Shown here: positions 1 to 12,100 of the stretch, in pieces
Layout: every line of letters starts with the position of its first letter
Numbering within the stretch: position 1 is the stretch's first letter
Source: Candidatus Poribacteria bacterium
Lineage (GTDB): Bacteria > Poribacteria > WGA-4E > JAJDTR01
Length of the DNA: 64,000 nt
Direction: 5' to 3'
Assembly (NCBI GenBank): GCA_965222225.1
Contig: CBDCTK010000002.1
Location: 2,720,001 to 2,784,000, forward strand
The notes under the pieces: model-generated
Told to the model about the DNA's origin: nothing
Database searches by the model: none
Seen by the model: the letters and a program-made list of their open reading frames with translations, nothing else
Made by a program: the position numbers and the translations under genes

Positions 1-1090
1 AGTATTCGACATCTCCCCTCATCGGAACACCGAACAGTGATTGTTTTTTGAGATACGCCTCTACCAATTGCACATGGTTCTCATCTCTGCCAGTGAGTCG
101 AAGATAGCGCATCGCCTCATCGTCGGGCGGGAAGAAACCGATGGTCGCACCGTACTCCGGACACATATTGGAGATTGTGGCGCGATCGGGCAGGGAGAGC
201 GCCTCCACTCCCTCACCGTAGAACTCCACAAACTTGCCAACAACCTGTTTCTCCCGCAGCCGCTGCGTGACAGTCAGGACGAGATCGGTTGCGGTTACGC
301 CCTCCTTGACGGCACCGGTCAGATGCACACCGAGCACTTCGGGAGTCAATATGTAAACGGGCTGCCCCAGCATGGCGGCTTCCGCCTCAATGCCGCCGAC
401 CCCCCAGCCGACGACGCCGAGTCCGTTAATCATCGTCGTATGGGAATCCGTGCCGACCAAGGTATCGAAATAGGCGATGGTCTTCCCGTCGGTTTCGTCC
501 GCCATCACGCATTTCGCCAGATATTCGAGGTTGACCTGATGCACGATGCCAACGGAAGGCGGCACAATCTTGAATTTATCGAAGGCTTGTTGCCCCCATT
601 TCAGAAATTCATAGCGTTCTTTGTTGCGTTCAAACTCCCGTTTTGTATTGATCTGGAGCGAGTTTGCCGACCCGTATGAATCCACTTGGACGGAGTGATC
701 AATAACGAGGTCAACGGGAACGAGCGGCTCGATCATCATCGGGTCGCCGCCGAGTTCCTGTACCGTGGTACGCATCGCCGCAATGTCAACGACAAGCGGC
801 ACGCCGGTGAAATCTTGAGCGATGACTCGCGCCGGCTTAAACGGCAACTCGACAGTTTTCGGATTTGCGGCGTTCCAATTTGCCAAATCGGTGATGTCTT
901 GCTCTGTCACTTGGTGGTCGTCATAATTTCTCAACAGCGATTCGACTAGAATCCTTATGCTGACCGGAAGTTTGGAGATGGGACCGATTCCGCGTTCCTC
1001 CAAGCTGGGGAGGGAGTAGTAATGAATCTGTCGCCCGCCATTTTCAAAGGATTGAAGCGAGTCAAAAAGTGTATGTGTTGATTCCGGCAT
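1..1090 (-). CDS. acnA: Aconitate hydratase A, 5' part (runs off window start)
   Basis: Manual minus-strand translation from ATG 1090 (AAGGAG RBS): [18 protein letters not shown]...[15 protein letters not shown]...[15 protein letters not shown]. Not in the ORF track because the stop is outside the window. Confidence 0.93.
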   Translation of the reverse strand, partial: MPESTHTLFDSLQSFENGGRQIHYYSLPSLEERGIGPISKLPVSIRILVESLLRNYDDHQVTEQDITDLANWNAANPKTVELPFKPARVIAQDFTGVPLVVDIAAMRTTVQELGGDPMMIEPLVPVDLVIDHSVQVDSYGSANSLQINTKREFERNKERYEFLKWGQQAFDKFKIVPPSVGIVHQVNLEYLAKCVMADETDGKTIAYFDTLVGTDSHTTMINGLGVVGWGVGGIEAEAAMLGQPVYILTPEVLGVHLTGAVKEGVTATDLVLTVTQRLREKQVVGKFVEFYGEGVEALSLPDRATISNMCPEYGATIGFFPPDDEAMRYLRLTGRDENHVQLVEAYLKKQSLFGVPMRGDVEY

Positions 1091-1167
1091 TCTGTAGCTC
1101 CTTAGTCTCTCGGATTCTCGAGTAATCTTCTAATTTCTTGTGCGGAGTGTGCAAGGAGGGGACCTTA

Positions 1168-1554
1168 GAGCCTGTTTGAAAATTCATTTTTGTACACATT
1201 TCGCCTCAAAACCAAGGTTTTCATCAGGGCTCTTGTAGGGTGCGATCAAAGGAATGAATAATGACTGCGATAGAGATCCCCTGCGATCAAAGGAATGAAT
1301 AATGACTGCGATAGAGATCCCCTGCGATCAAGCGAATGAATAATGAGCGATCAAACGAGTGGATAACGAGTGCGATAGAAATCCCATAGAAATCCTACCA
1401 GCCTCTAAAAGCCCCAGAGGAGATCAAGCGAACGATCAACTGAGTGGATAACGAAGGCGATAGAAGATCCCATAGTGAGTGCGATAGGAATCCCACAGAT
1501 TATAGCACTCAACAGCTTCAAAATGGCTTTGCCGCCGATTATTCAAACAGGCTC
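1168..1554. mobile_element. MITE with GAGCCTGTTTGAA terminal inverted repeats, TTA target duplication
   Basis: GAGCCTGTTTGAA at 1168 and TTCAAACAGGCTC ending 1554, flanked by TTA on both sides; no ORF; interior filled with GATCAA-hairpin repeats. Confidence 0.8.
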
Positions 1555-1878
1555 TTAGGGAAGGGCTGCAATCAAGTCAATTTGGGGGAAAGATTTGAGA
1601 CGTTCATCTCAAGATAGTTCTGCCTAGCAACCCATTTTCGATGTGCCTCTCTTGCTCAGTCATTATCTCATACGATAGCGTCTAGATGCAATGGAAAACC
1701 CGTGAAACCACTTTGGTGTTGCCGTTGGATTTAGTGCTTGCTATCACTTACTACCATAACACACGTGAATTTAGCTCTGCAAGAATCTGACACCGGCGTC
1801 TATCGTACTACGTTGTATCTGGTATAACGCGCCTCAAATTAGGCACACTCTCAAGAAATTGCGACACGGAGGCCCATC

Positions 1879-2676
1879 ATGGCGAGCACAGTTCTGTTAC
1901 CGGAAGATTTTTCCAACTATTTGAGCGTCGAAAACGCAGCGCTCAGATTCAAAGAGGCTGCCGAGGTTGCCGAAAAGATTACGGCAAAGGGTGTCGAATT
2001 GTACCCCAACTTGGATCACGCGGCAATCTTCACTGATCCGCCCTATCTGGTGGCGGGACCGTTGAAGCAACTCGGGTACGTTTCCGGCTGGGATGCGCGT
2101 TGTTATCCTTCGCCGGTGGACGGTTGCGACTATATCAATGTTTCCGCGCGGCTTCCGCAGGAAAGCTCCGCCCGAGACAGGGGCTGGTTCGACTATGTGG
2201 CGGTGGTGCATCCCGTGGATGAGCCGGCATTGAAACACATGCTGAGCCAAGGTTACGGGAATCCGTTTATCCATCACCTCACGTGGGGGCTTGTGCCGCC
2301 GCGACGGACGGGCGAGGACAACTTTGTGTATGCGAGCCGCGTTGTGCCGTTCATGGTTGAGACGCGCAAGCTCATCGGCGAGGTGATTGGTGATGAGCCG
2401 GGAACGCTAATCATCGCCTTGCCGGAGGAGGTAATTGACCACTCAAGGTTTGGGGAGTCGTTGTCGTTCTGGCTTGATGGCATTAGTTCGGAGGAGTATC
2501 AGGTCGAGTCGATGGATGGCGGCGGTTTTCTCATTCAGTTCTTTGTTCTGACGGGCGGGAGAATCGAGGTTGCTCTGCGCGTTGATACCAAACAGACATT
2601 CAATCCGAAGAGTGTGCATAAGATATCCAAAGACGAGATTAGTACGGTTCAAGGTGAGAGCGTGCATGAAGAATAG
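1879..2676 (+). CDS. Hypothetical protein (265 aa)
   Basis: Long ORF with GGAGG RBS; no family recognised. Confidence 0.75.
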   Translation: MASTVLLPEDFSNYLSVENAALRFKEAAEVAEKITAKGVELYPNLDHAAIFTDPPYLVAGPLKQLGYVSGWDARCYPSPVDGCDYINVSARLPQESSARDRGWFDYVAVVHPVDEPALKHMLSQGYGNPFIHHLTWGLVPPRRTGEDNFVYASRVVPFMVETRKLIGEVIGDEPGTLIIALPEEVIDHSRFGESLSFWLDGISSEEYQVESMDGGGFLIQFFVLTGGRIEVALRVDTKQTFNPKSVHKISKDEISTVQGESVHEE

Positions 2677-3061
2677 TTGGCAAAGTGGTTAATGGAAGGG
2701 TGGAAGGGATGTAAATTGCCATGAATCGGGAAGGGAAGAGGGGAAGTCGAATCACGGATTGCGCGGATTGAGTGGAAGGGGGAAGGGTGGAAGATTGGAA
2801 GGAGGTGGACGGGATTTGATGATTGCAGGGAAGATTCCACATGGGGGATTGTTTTTGTTACGAAACCGAATAGCAATCGTTATTCATTACACGGAAGTAG
2901 AGGAACGGAACAGCGATTCGCAAGAAAAGACAGGAGATTGGGGATTTGATGATTGTCGATGGAGATTACGGGAGTTAGTCTTGTCGAGACAAGCTATGTC
3001 AATCCGGATAGCAATAAATTCCGGATGATGGAGTATCGTGTCTGTGACACGTAGCGGGAAG

Positions 3062-4465
3062 ATGATGGAGATGAAAAAGTACTGTATTGTAAGCGCGCTG
3101 CTGCTGGGGTTGAGTTTCTGTGCCAACGCCCATGAGATTCCGTCGTTTAAAGCGAATAAGGAGTCTCATACCGCTAAACCGGATTCGGATTTTCACCAAT
3201 GGGTGCTTGCAAACCAGCCGGATTTGCACTGGCACTTTGGCGACGATGAAGCGGGGGGTTGGGAGCATTGCGTCGCGGATGCGTATGATAATGTGAAGCA
3301 TGTTTACAATCTCATTGATGGCAACTGCGGGGAGTTGCCCCCGGGCAATGACAACAACGGAAATAACGGCAACAACGGAGACAATGGAGACAACGGAAAT
3401 AACGGCAACAACGGGAACAACGGAGACAACGGGAACAACGGAGACAATGGAGACAATGGAGACAATGGAGACAACGGAGACAATGGGGATAATGGCAACA
3501 ACGGCAACGGTAAGGGCAATGGCAACGGTAACGGAAACGGCGATGGAAACGGCAATGGAGGCAACGGCGGTAACGGTGGAAATGGTAGGGGCAATGGAGG
3601 CAACGGCGGTAACGGTGGAAATGGTAGGGGCAATGGAGGTAACGGCGGCTCGGGCAATGGCAACCAAGGGCGTTCAACGGGGGGCACGGGCGGCGGCGGG
3701 GGTTCAGTGCTGTGCGAGGATGGCAAAGGATATTCGATACCGGACGATGGTAACAATTGGCCAATTGAGACTGTTGTGGTCACAGAAGAAGATGAAGAAG
3801 ACGATACGGAAACCGATTCAACAGCTTCTTCCGATCCGGTAACCAAGACATCGGGAGAAAGATCAGATTCGACGCCGTATCTCACCTATACCATGGTTTT
3901 TCCGAAAGGGGTTAATTCGCTGCATCTACCCTTCAAGCCGTATAACGCTTTCTATTTCACCGATTTATTCGAACTGTTGGGGGATGAGAATGTCAACTCG
4001 ATTGCGGCATTACGTCCGACGGTACAGGTGTGGTCAATCATATCAAGCTCTACTTCACTTCATGATGAATGGATTTCCCGTTACCGCGGTTTCCTTATAG
4101 ACATGGAGGAGACGGTGGAAGTTACGTTTGTTCGCGATGCGTACAACTATGGGTACGATATGATGTACGTCAAGGATGGAATGAATTTGATTGGCGTGCC
4201 GCGGGATTCCGAAGATTTGGCGGTTGTGAGCAACTTCTTTGTGGTATTCGATTGTGTGGCATGGGTCGAGGTGATGATTGATGGTGAAACGCAAATCCTG
4301 TATCACCCGGCGTTGGAATCCATGCAATTGGAGAGCACGCTGGATGAGGACACCGAAATTTCGCCGACGCAGGGCTACATGTTGATGTCTCTGGACGATG
4401 ACGAGTACCCGGTCTGGGGGGAACCCTGGGGTGAAAGGATTGAGCCGATGGTCAGTGCCCAGTAA
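3062..4465 (+). CDS. Secreted protein with Gly-Xaa-Asn and Gly/Asn low-complexity repeat
   Basis: Signal peptide MKKYCIVSALLLGLSFCANA; (GNN/GDN)n then GN/GGN repeats; acidic linker; globular C-terminal part. Exact start uncertain. Confidence 0.8.
   Translation: MMEMKKYCIVSALLLGLSFCANAHEIPSFKANKESHTAKPDSDFHQWVLANQPDLHWHFGDDEAGGWEHCVADAYDNVKHVYNLIDGNCGELPPGNDNNGNNGNNGDNGDNGNNGNNGNNGDNGNNGDNGDNGDNGDNGDNGDNGNNGNGKGNGNGNGNGDGNGNGGNGGNGGNGRGNGGNGGNGGNGRGNGGNGGSGNGNQGRSTGGTGGGGGSVLCEDGKGYSIPDDGNNWPIETVVVTEEDEEDDTETDSTASSDPVTKTSGERSDSTPYLTYTMVFPKGVNSLHLPFKPYNAFYFTDLFELLGDENVNSIAALRPTVQVWSIISSSTSLHDEWISRYRGFLIDMEETVEVTFVRDAYNYGYDMMYVKDGMNLIGVPRDSEDLAVVSNFFVVFDCVAWVEVMIDGETQILYHPALESMQLESTLDEDTEISPTQGYMLMSLDDDEYPVWGEPWGERIEPMVSAQ
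3343..3665 (+). repeat. Intragenic 9-bp-period repeat encoding GDN/GNN, followed by GN/GGN repeats
   Basis: Repeated GGAGACAAY/GGSAACAAC units; later GGCAATGGAGGCAACGGCGGTAACGGTGGAAATGGTAGG duplicated. Confidence 0.9.
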
Positions 4466-4569
4466 TCGGTGGGGAGTAGGGAAGAGTGGAAGGCGAGGGG
4501 ACGGCAAGAGAAGAGAAAGGCGAAAAAGGCACGGGCTGGGGAATCTCGACCGCAGTCACAAAAATTTGC

Positions 4570-4599
4570 TTGCTTAAAACAATCAAAATATGTTAGAAT
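4570..4599 (+). promoter_or_regulatory. Putative sigma70 promoter of the pyr operon
   Basis: TTGCTT-18 bp-TAGAAT with extended -10 TG, just upstream of the PyrR leader. Confidence 0.55.
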
Positions 4600-4628
4600 A
4601 AAATTGTTGTTTGATAGGTGAAGTGGAA

Positions 4629-4746
4629 CCCTTTTAATCTAATCCAGCGAGGTTAGGAAAGGGATGTCAAAAAACATCCAATTACATCCGCATCAATCTT
4701 TCATCGTATTCTGTTTGCCTCCTTTTTTTGTCGGGGAGGTTTTTTT
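4629..4746 (+). promoter_or_regulatory. PyrR-binding attenuator leader
   Basis: CCCTTTTAA...AATCCAGCGAGGTT..GAAAGGG matches the PyrR binding loop consensus (CUUUAA, ARUCCNGNGAGGYU); terminator follows; pyrR downstream. Confidence 0.85.
4717..4746 (+). terminator. Attenuator terminator
   Basis: GCCTCC...GGAGGT stem followed by a T-run. Confidence 0.75.
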
Positions 4747-4773
4747 ATGCCTATTTTTCCCTCGCACGGCTAG

Positions 4774-5418
4774 ATGCGCCCGTCCTCAAGTTCTACCCAG
4801 ACTATTTTGGCACTAAACGCGCAAGCTATACTAGATTTTATCGAAGAGATTGGGGTGCTCAAGAACCTGCCGCGCACCGGTTGGCGATTTCAGGGCATCA
4901 AGGACGCGGAGAGTGTGGCGGACCACTGCTACCGCGTTTCGCTCTTGTCAATGATCCTGGCGGATTTGCTGGCAACGCATGATGTGCGCTTGGACGCCGA
5001 AAAGGTGATGCGGATGGCGCTGCTGCACGAAGTTGCAGAGGCACGGATTGGTGATATTCCGTTTCCGGCGCTTGAGTACATCCCTGAAGATGTGAAGGAG
5101 AACGGAGAGAAAGCGGCTGTCGAGTCCATGTTCGCGAGTTTCGGAATTGTCGGTGAGAAGTATATCGAAATTTGGAAAGAGTTTCAGGACAATAACTCCA
5201 TAGAGAGCCAATTGGTGAGAGCCGCCGACAAACTCGAATTGATGATTCAGGCGTATGAGTATGAGAAGATTGGATACCGCACCCTAGACAAATTCTGGAC
5301 AAACAGTTGGAACCGGCAGGGGGTTAAACAGTTCGCACATATCCAAGAAATAATGAATCTCCTAGTGGATCGAAGGAAAGAGGTCTTAGACACATGCGCG
5401 AAAAGGCAAGGGTCATGA
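4774..5418 (+). CDS. HD-domain phosphohydrolase (YfbR/HDDC2-like nucleotidase)
   Basis: LKNLPRTGW...ESVADHCYR...ALLHEVAEARIGD...ADKLE; the HD motif appears as HE. Confidence 0.85.
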   Translation: MRPSSSSTQTILALNAQAILDFIEEIGVLKNLPRTGWRFQGIKDAESVADHCYRVSLLSMILADLLATHDVRLDAEKVMRMALLHEVAEARIGDIPFPALEYIPEDVKENGEKAAVESMFASFGIVGEKYIEIWKEFQDNNSIESQLVRAADKLELMIQAYEYEKIGYRTLDKFWTNSWNRQGVKQFAHIQEIMNLLVDRRKEVLDTCAKRQGS

Positions 5419-5936
5419 CAGCCGAAGATGTCCGGCGGGCATTGATCCGAATTTCACACGAGATCTTGGAGCGAAACCATCGAGAGCTTGGTAATCTGGT
5501 GTCGATCGGAATTAAAAGCCGAGGCGATCACCTTGCGCTTCGGATAGCCAAGAACCTGGAGGAGATTGAGGGGATTAACGTGCCCGTTGGCGCTATTGAT
5601 GTCTACCTGTATCGGGATGACGTGAATCTCTATGATCAGGACGTTAAAGTGAACCACACGGACATCCCTTTCGATATCACCGGCAAACGAATCATTTTGG
5701 TCGATGAGGTCATTTATACGGGGCGCACGATACGCGCTGCGATGGATGCACTAATGGATTTTGGTCGCCCGGCTGCGATCCAGTTGGCGGTGTTAATTGA
5801 TCGAGGACATCGCGAGTTGCCGATTGCCGCCGATTACGTCGGCAAGAATGTCCCAACGTCGCGTAAAGAGATTGTTCGCGTGGAACTGGTAGAAGATCGG
5901 GGCAGCGATGGAGCCACCATTTTCGAGGTGGAGTGA
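5394..5936 (+). CDS. pyrR: Pyrimidine operon attenuation protein / uracil phosphoribosyltransferase
   Basis: LYRDD, LVDEVIYTGRTIRAA, LIDRGHRELPIAADYVGKNVPTS. Confidence 0.95.
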   Translation: MREKARVMTAEDVRRALIRISHEILERNHRELGNLVSIGIKSRGDHLALRIAKNLEEIEGINVPVGAIDVYLYRDDVNLYDQDVKVNHTDIPFDITGKRIILVDEVIYTGRTIRAAMDALMDFGRPAAIQLAVLIDRGHRELPIAADYVGKNVPTSRKEIVRVELVEDRGSDGATIFEVE

Positions 5937-5937
5937 G

Positions 5938-7224
5938 ATGGGACGGATTCTTATCCAGAATGGTCGTATCGTTGACCCGGTGAATCGGATTGACGCCAAA
6001 AGTGATATCCTGATTGCCGATGACAGAATTGAGCGGGTTGGTGGAAAGATTGAAGTCGCGGATAATCCAGCCGTTGACGTTATTGACGCGGAAGGGTTGA
6101 TTGTCACGCCTGGGTTGATTGACATGCACGTGCATCTGCGTGAGCCCGGGTTCGAGCATAAGGAGACGATTGCAACCGGAACCCGCGCCGCGGAAGCCGG
6201 TGGATTTACGTCCGTCGCATCAATGGCGAATACGAATCCGGCCTCGGATTCGCCGGAGGTTATCAAATTTGTCAGGACACGGGCAAGGGAATCGGGCTCG
6301 GCTAATGTTTTTCCGTTGGGGAGTATTACGAAAATGCTCGCTGGCGAGGAGCTGACTGATGTCCTCTCGCTGCTCGAAGCCGGCGCTGTCGCCGTGAGTG
6401 ATGATGGAAAAACGGTTATGAATGCCGAGCTAATGCGCCAGGCTTTGGCATTCAGCGCGGAACTTGATTTCCCGGTTATGGTTCACTGCGAGGAGCATAA
6501 TCTCAATTCCGGCAGCGTCATGAACCTTGGTGAAACCTCGCGGAAACTAAAACTGCCGGGGAGCGCGAATGCCGCCGAGGATATTATCGTTGCGCGTGAC
6601 ATTATGCTCGCCGAATTGACGGGTGGGCACATCCATATTCTCCACGTCAGCACGGCCGGGGCGGTTGAACTTGTGCGTTGGGGCAAGCGCAGAGGCGTGC
6701 GTGTGACGGCTGAAGCCATGCCGCATCACTTTACATTGACCGATTCGGAGATTGAGACACAAGGGACGAATGCCAAGATGCATCCGCCGCTGCGCACGGA
6801 GGCGGATGTCGAGGCGGTGATTGAAGGACTGTGTGACGGTACGCTTGACGCAATTGCCACGGATCACGCGCCGCACGCTCCATCTGAAAAGGCGTTGGGA
6901 ATGATGGAAGCGCCGCCGGGCATCGTTGGTTTGGAGACCTGCGTGCCGCTGGTTTTTACGCGCCTCGTCCTCACAAATCGGCTTTCCCTATCGGACGCGA
7001 TTGACAAGATGACGCGCATACCTGCGGAAGTCCTGCACATTGATCGTGGGACGCTGTCTGTCGGCGCTGTTGCGGATGTAACGCTAATTGATCCGGAGAA
7101 GGTTGCCACAGTTGATTCGACGCAGTTTCAGTCCAAAAGCCGAAATACGCCCTTCGACGGTTGGGAGTTTAAGGGCTGGCCTGTCATGGTGCTCCGCGGC
7201 GGTGTCCCAAGTGAGAAAAGATGA
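5938..7224 (+). CDS. pyrC: Dihydroorotase
   Basis: PGLIDMHVHLREPG, HCEE, KMHPPLR, ATDHAPH, SKSRNTPF; ATG 5938 follows the pyrR stop. Confidence 0.95.
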   Translation: MGRILIQNGRIVDPVNRIDAKSDILIADDRIERVGGKIEVADNPAVDVIDAEGLIVTPGLIDMHVHLREPGFEHKETIATGTRAAEAGGFTSVASMANTNPASDSPEVIKFVRTRARESGSANVFPLGSITKMLAGEELTDVLSLLEAGAVAVSDDGKTVMNAELMRQALAFSAELDFPVMVHCEEHNLNSGSVMNLGETSRKLKLPGSANAAEDIIVARDIMLAELTGGHIHILHVSTAGAVELVRWGKRRGVRVTAEAMPHHFTLTDSEIETQGTNAKMHPPLRTEADVEAVIEGLCDGTLDAIATDHAPHAPSEKALGMMEAPPGIVGLETCVPLVFTRLVLTNRLSLSDAIDKMTRIPAEVLHIDRGTLSVGAVADVTLIDPEKVATVDSTQFQSKSRNTPFDGWEFKGWPVMVLRGGVPSEKR

Positions 7225-7756
7225 GCGATTCAAGAATCTTCCCGTGCTCGAAACGAAGCGACTGTTTTTGAGATCGTCAGAACTAAGTGATGCCGAGGAT
7301 ACGTTTGAATTTATTTCTGATCCCGAAGTGACGAAGTATACCTTCTGGCGTGTTCACCACTCTATCGCGGATAGCGAGGAATTGCTCGCATGGCTATCGT
7401 GCGAGAATTTTGCGAGTTGGTCGATCGTGCACAAAGCGGATAAGAAAGTGATTGGGATGTGTTTTTTGCACAGTTTCAATTTCCATCACCGGCGAGCGGA
7501 AATGGCTTTCAACCTGTCAAGGCAGTATTGGGGGCAGGGCTATGCAACGGAGGCGGTATGTGAGATGATTCGTTTCGCATTTGAGCGGTGGGGCTTGAAT
7601 CGGATCGAGGGCACTTGTATGCTTAACAATATTGCCTCGGCGCGTGTGATGGAGAAGCTCGGAATGAAGTTCGAGGGGATTCTGCGGCAACACTCGTTCG
7701 CCAAGAATCGGTTTCACGATTTGAAGTTGTATTCGATTTTGAGGAGTGAGGTGTGA
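7211..7756 (+). CDS. RimJ/RimL-family GNAT N-acetyltransferase
   Basis: LETKRLFLR...YWGQGYATEA...NIASARVMEKLGMKFEG; GTG start overlapping the pyrC end is inferred. Confidence 0.88.
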   Translation: MRKDERFKNLPVLETKRLFLRSSELSDAEDTFEFISDPEVTKYTFWRVHHSIADSEELLAWLSCENFASWSIVHKADKKVIGMCFLHSFNFHHRRAEMAFNLSRQYWGQGYATEAVCEMIRFAFERWGLNRIEGTCMLNNIASARVMEKLGMKFEGILRQHSFAKNRFHDLKLYSILRSEV

Positions 7757-7920
7757 CAGGTTCGACAACGTGGGCGGTGTAGGATGCGTGATGGAATCAC
7801 TACGGATTCTATCGCACTCGCTCTTCGTTCGTTTGATCGTTTTATATCTTTGTAGGAAGCATGACCGTCAGACAGAAATTGACACGGTAGCGGCAACCTG
7901 GCGCGGAAAATCTCAACACT

Positions 7921-9033
7921 ATGAAAGCAATCTTGGCATTAGCAGACGGTACAATTTTTGAGGGTGAGCATTTCGGGGTGACCGGCGAGACATCGGGTGA
8001 GGTCGTGTTTAACACAAGTATGACGGGTTACCAAGAGGTACTCACAGATCCGTCTTACAAGGGTCAAATTGTGACGATGACCTATCCGTTGATTGGGAAC
8101 TATGGATGCAACGAGGTGGATGTCGAGTCTGCCAGGCCTCAGGTTGAGGGGTTCGTCGTGCGGGAGTATAGCTCTCGTTATAGCAACTGGCGGTCGAGTG
8201 GGAGCCTTGATGATTACTTCAAAGAATACGGCATCATTGGGATTCAGGAGATTGACACCCGCGCGTTAACCAGACGATTGCGCGTTCACGGCGTCATGAA
8301 CGGGGTGCTCTCGACGGAAGACTTGGTTCCCGAAAGTCTGGTGGCGAAAGCGCGAGCGTGGCCCGGTTTGATTGGAGCGGATCTCGCCGGACGGGTGACC
8401 TGCTCGGATTCCTACTCGTGGAGCGATCCCGGCACAGCGTTAGGTGAACAGCCCGAGGTTATACCCGAACCACGGTTTCGCGTCATTGCCATGGATTTCG
8501 GGATTAAATACAATATATTGCGCCAACTGACGCGGCACGGGTGCCAAGTTCAGGTGGTTTCGGCGCACACGTCCGCAGACGAGATTCTTGCCGCTGATCC
8601 CGACGGGATTTGCTTGTCAAATGGTCCGGGCGATCCCGAGCCGGTTGATTATGCGGTTGAGACGATTAGACAGCTCATCGGCAAAAAGCCGATGTTCGGC
8701 ATTTGTCTGGGGCACCAGTTGTTAGGGCTTGCCTTTGGCGGCACATCCTTCAAGCTCAAGTTCGGGCATCGGGGTGCGAACCAACCCGTGAAGCGGCTTG
8801 AAACGGGTCAGGTAGAGATTACGTCGCAAAATCACGGATTCTGTGTGGACATTGAGTCGCTGCCAAAGCCTGTGGAAATTACGCACATCAATCTAAATGA
8901 TCAAACACTTGAGGGAATGCGGCACACTGAGCACCCGATTTTCTCGGTACAGTATCATCCGGAGGCATCTCCCGGTCCGCATGATGCAAGCTATCTTTTT
9001 GAAAAGTTTACAGATCTGATGAAAGGAGAGTAG
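7921..9033 (+). CDS. carA: Carbamoyl-phosphate synthase small subunit
   Basis: [38 protein letters not shown]. Confidence 0.97.
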   Translation: MKAILALADGTIFEGEHFGVTGETSGEVVFNTSMTGYQEVLTDPSYKGQIVTMTYPLIGNYGCNEVDVESARPQVEGFVVREYSSRYSNWRSSGSLDDYFKEYGIIGIQEIDTRALTRRLRVHGVMNGVLSTEDLVPESLVAKARAWPGLIGADLAGRVTCSDSYSWSDPGTALGEQPEVIPEPRFRVIAMDFGIKYNILRQLTRHGCQVQVVSAHTSADEILAADPDGICLSNGPGDPEPVDYAVETIRQLIGKKPMFGICLGHQLLGLAFGGTSFKLKFGHRGANQPVKRLETGQVEITSQNHGFCVDIESLPKPVEITHINLNDQTLEGMRHTEHPIFSVQYHPEASPGPHDASYLFEKFTDLMKGE

Positions 9034-9106
9034 GGGCTAGGATGTATACGCCAGAAATCGGGCTTTCGACGGTGTGTGAACGCCTAGTTTTTATCCCTGA
9101 TTGATT

Positions 9107-12100
9107 ATGCCAAAACGGACTGACATCAACAAAATCTTGATTATCGGTTCTGGCCCTATCATCATCGGTCAAGCCTGCGAATTTGACTATTCGGGAACGC
9201 AGGCGTGCAAAGCATTGAAAGAGGAGGGTTACGAGGTCGTTCTTGTCAATAGCAATCCGGCGACGATTATGACCGACCCCGAAATCGCGGACCGCACCTA
9301 CATCGAGCCGATCACTCCAGAAGTCGTCGCGCAGATTATTGCCAAGGAACGTCCCCACGCTCTACTGCCCACGCTGGGGGGGCAGACGGGATTGAACGTT
9401 TCCGTGGCACTCGCGCAATCGGGCATCCTTGATGAATATGGCGTTGAGCTCATCGGAGCGAAACTCGACGCGATTCAGAAAGCGGAAGACCGGGAACTCT
9501 TTAAGAAAGCGATGCAGAAAATCGGGTTAAGCGTGCCGAAAAGTGGCGTCGCGCGTTCGTTAGAGGACGCCAACGCCATCATTTCCATAATCGATTTTCC
9601 GGCAATTATCCGTCCGGCATTCACCCTCGGCGGTACTGGCGGCGCGATCGCCTACAATATTGAAGAGTTTGAGAAAATGGTTGGCACCGGTTTGGCGTTA
9701 AGTCCGATAAGCGAAGTCTTGATTGAGGAGTCCGTGATTGGGTGGAAAGAGTTTGAGCTTGAGGTTATGCGCGACAGCGCCGACAACGTGGTGATAATCT
9801 GCTCAATTGAGAACGTCGATCCGATGGGGGTTCATACGGGGGACAGCATTACGGTTGCGCCGGCGCAAACGTTGACGGACAAAGAATATCAGTACATGCG
9901 GGACTCGGCGATCAAAATCATCCGCGAAATTGGGGTCGATACGGGCGGCTCCAATATTCAGTTCGCCGTGCATCCGGGGGACGGAAGGCAGGTTGTGATT
10001 GAGATGAACCCGCGAGTCTCGCGGAGTTCCGCGCTCGCCTCCAAAGCCACGGGATTTCCGATTGCCAAAATCGCGGCTAAATTGGCGGTCGGCTATACCC
10101 TTGACGAGATTCCGAACGACATAACTCGCCAGACGCCGGCGTCCTTTGAACCCACGATTGATTATGTGGTTGTCAAAATTCCGCGTTGGGCGTTCGAGAA
10201 GTTTCGAGGCACGGACGAGACGCTGACCATCCAGATGAAGTCGGTGGGGGAGGCGATGTCAATCGGCAGGACATTCAAGGAGGCGTTGCAGAAAGGCTTG
10301 CGTTCTCTGGAAACCGGGTGGCATGGGCTGGATAATCATGCACTCGAAGCGCTACCGCTTTCCGAATTCGATCAGAAATTCACCGTGCCGAACGTCGAAC
10401 GGATTTTTTACATCAAACAGGCGTTGCGGCAACGGATGAGCGTTGAACAGATTTACGCCTATACGAAAATCGATCCGTTCTTTCTTTATAACATCAAAGA
10501 GATTGTCGACTTCGAGATGGAACTTGAAGAAAAACTTCAGCACTGGACGCCGACTGAGCCAATGACGGAAGCAACGCGGAGGCTGGTTTATAAGGCAAAG
10601 CAGTTCGGGTTCTCTGATCGCCAACTCGCAAGTATTTGTGGTGCCTCCGAGGCAGAGATAAGAACGTGGCGCAAGGCGGCCGGGATTGAAGCGACATTTA
10701 AAACCGTGGATACCTGCGCCGCCGAGTTTGAAGCGGAGACGCCGTACTACTATTCGACCTATTCCAGCGAAGATGAGGTTCGACCAACGTCCAAGAGAAA
10801 GATTATGATATTGGGCGGCGGACCCAATCGGATTGGTCAGGGAATCGAGTTTGATTACTGCTGCGTCCATGCCGCGATGGCGCTTAAGGAAGACGGTTAC
10901 GAAACTATCATGGTGAACAGCAACCCTGAAACCGTCAGCACGGATTACGACACGTCAGATCGGCTCTATTTTGAACCGCTCACGCATGAGGATGTTTTGA
11001 ATATCGTTGACCGCGAACAGCCGGAGGGCGTGATTGTTCAGTTTGGCGGCCAGACCCCGCTGAATCTTGCGTTGGGACTGCAAGAAGCGGGTGTGCCAAT
11101 CATCGGTACGAGTCCCGATGACATCGCTCGGTCAGAAGATCGGAAACTGTTCAAAGAGGTGCTAGATCAGAATGGACTGGCTCAACCGCCTAACGGAATC
11201 GCAACCTCAATTGAGGAGGCGGCGCCTATCGCAGAGTCGATCGGTTATCCCGTCATCGTGCGTCCATCGTATGTTCTGGGTGGACGTGCAATGCAAATCG
11301 TCTACAATGAGGAGTTGCTGATGGGCTACATGCGTTCGGCGGTCGCCGCATCGCCGGAACACCCGATACTCATCGACAAATATCTGGAAGATGCCATTGA
11401 GGTTGATGTGGATGCAATCTCGGACGGGAATATCACCGTCATTGGCGGGATAATGGAACATATCGAAGAAGCGGGCATCCATTCGGGCGACAGCGACTGT
11501 GTGTTACCGCCCTATACGTTGGCAGAGGATCAGATTGACCAACTGAAAGAGTACACCTACGCCCTCGCAAAAACGCTCAACTTGTGCGGTTTGATGAATG
11601 TCCAGTATGCCATCCGCAACGATCGGATTTTTGTGCTTGAGGTTAACTCACGCGCCTCGCGGACGATTCCGTTTGTCAGCAAAGCCATCGGTGTTCCGTT
11701 GGCAAAATTGGCGGCGCGGGTTATGGCAGGGAAAACCCTTAGAGAACTAGGGTTTACCGCTGAGATAGTGCCCGAATATTTCAGTGTAAAAGCACCTGTC
11801 TTTCCGTTCGATCGTTTCCCGGGAGCAGACTCACGCCTCGGCCCCGAGATGAAATCGACCGGGGAGGTGATGGGAATAGATATGAACCTTTCTAAAGCGT
11901 TTGCCAAAGCGCAGGATGCGTGCGGCGACAAACTGCCGCTTGAGGGCACGGCGTTTATCAGCGTGAGGAACAAGGATAAACGTGCGATTCTGTTCATCGC
12001 CAAGAAACTTTGGGATATGGGATTCGAACTCATCGCAACCCACGGGACGGCAAAGGTACTTCGTCGAAACGGAATGGAGGTTACGTTGGTGCACAGTATC

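Noticed and set aside
41-949. Plus-strand ORFs of 212 and 87 aa
   Set aside because: Antisense shadows of acnA.
1242-1500. Possible CRISPR array
   Set aside because: Units are adjacent or nested without unique spacers, no cas genes are present, and the array lies inside a MITE.
2999-3885. Pro/Leu-, Val/Ser- and Cys-rich ORFs
   Set aside because: Alternative frames of the G-X-N repeat.
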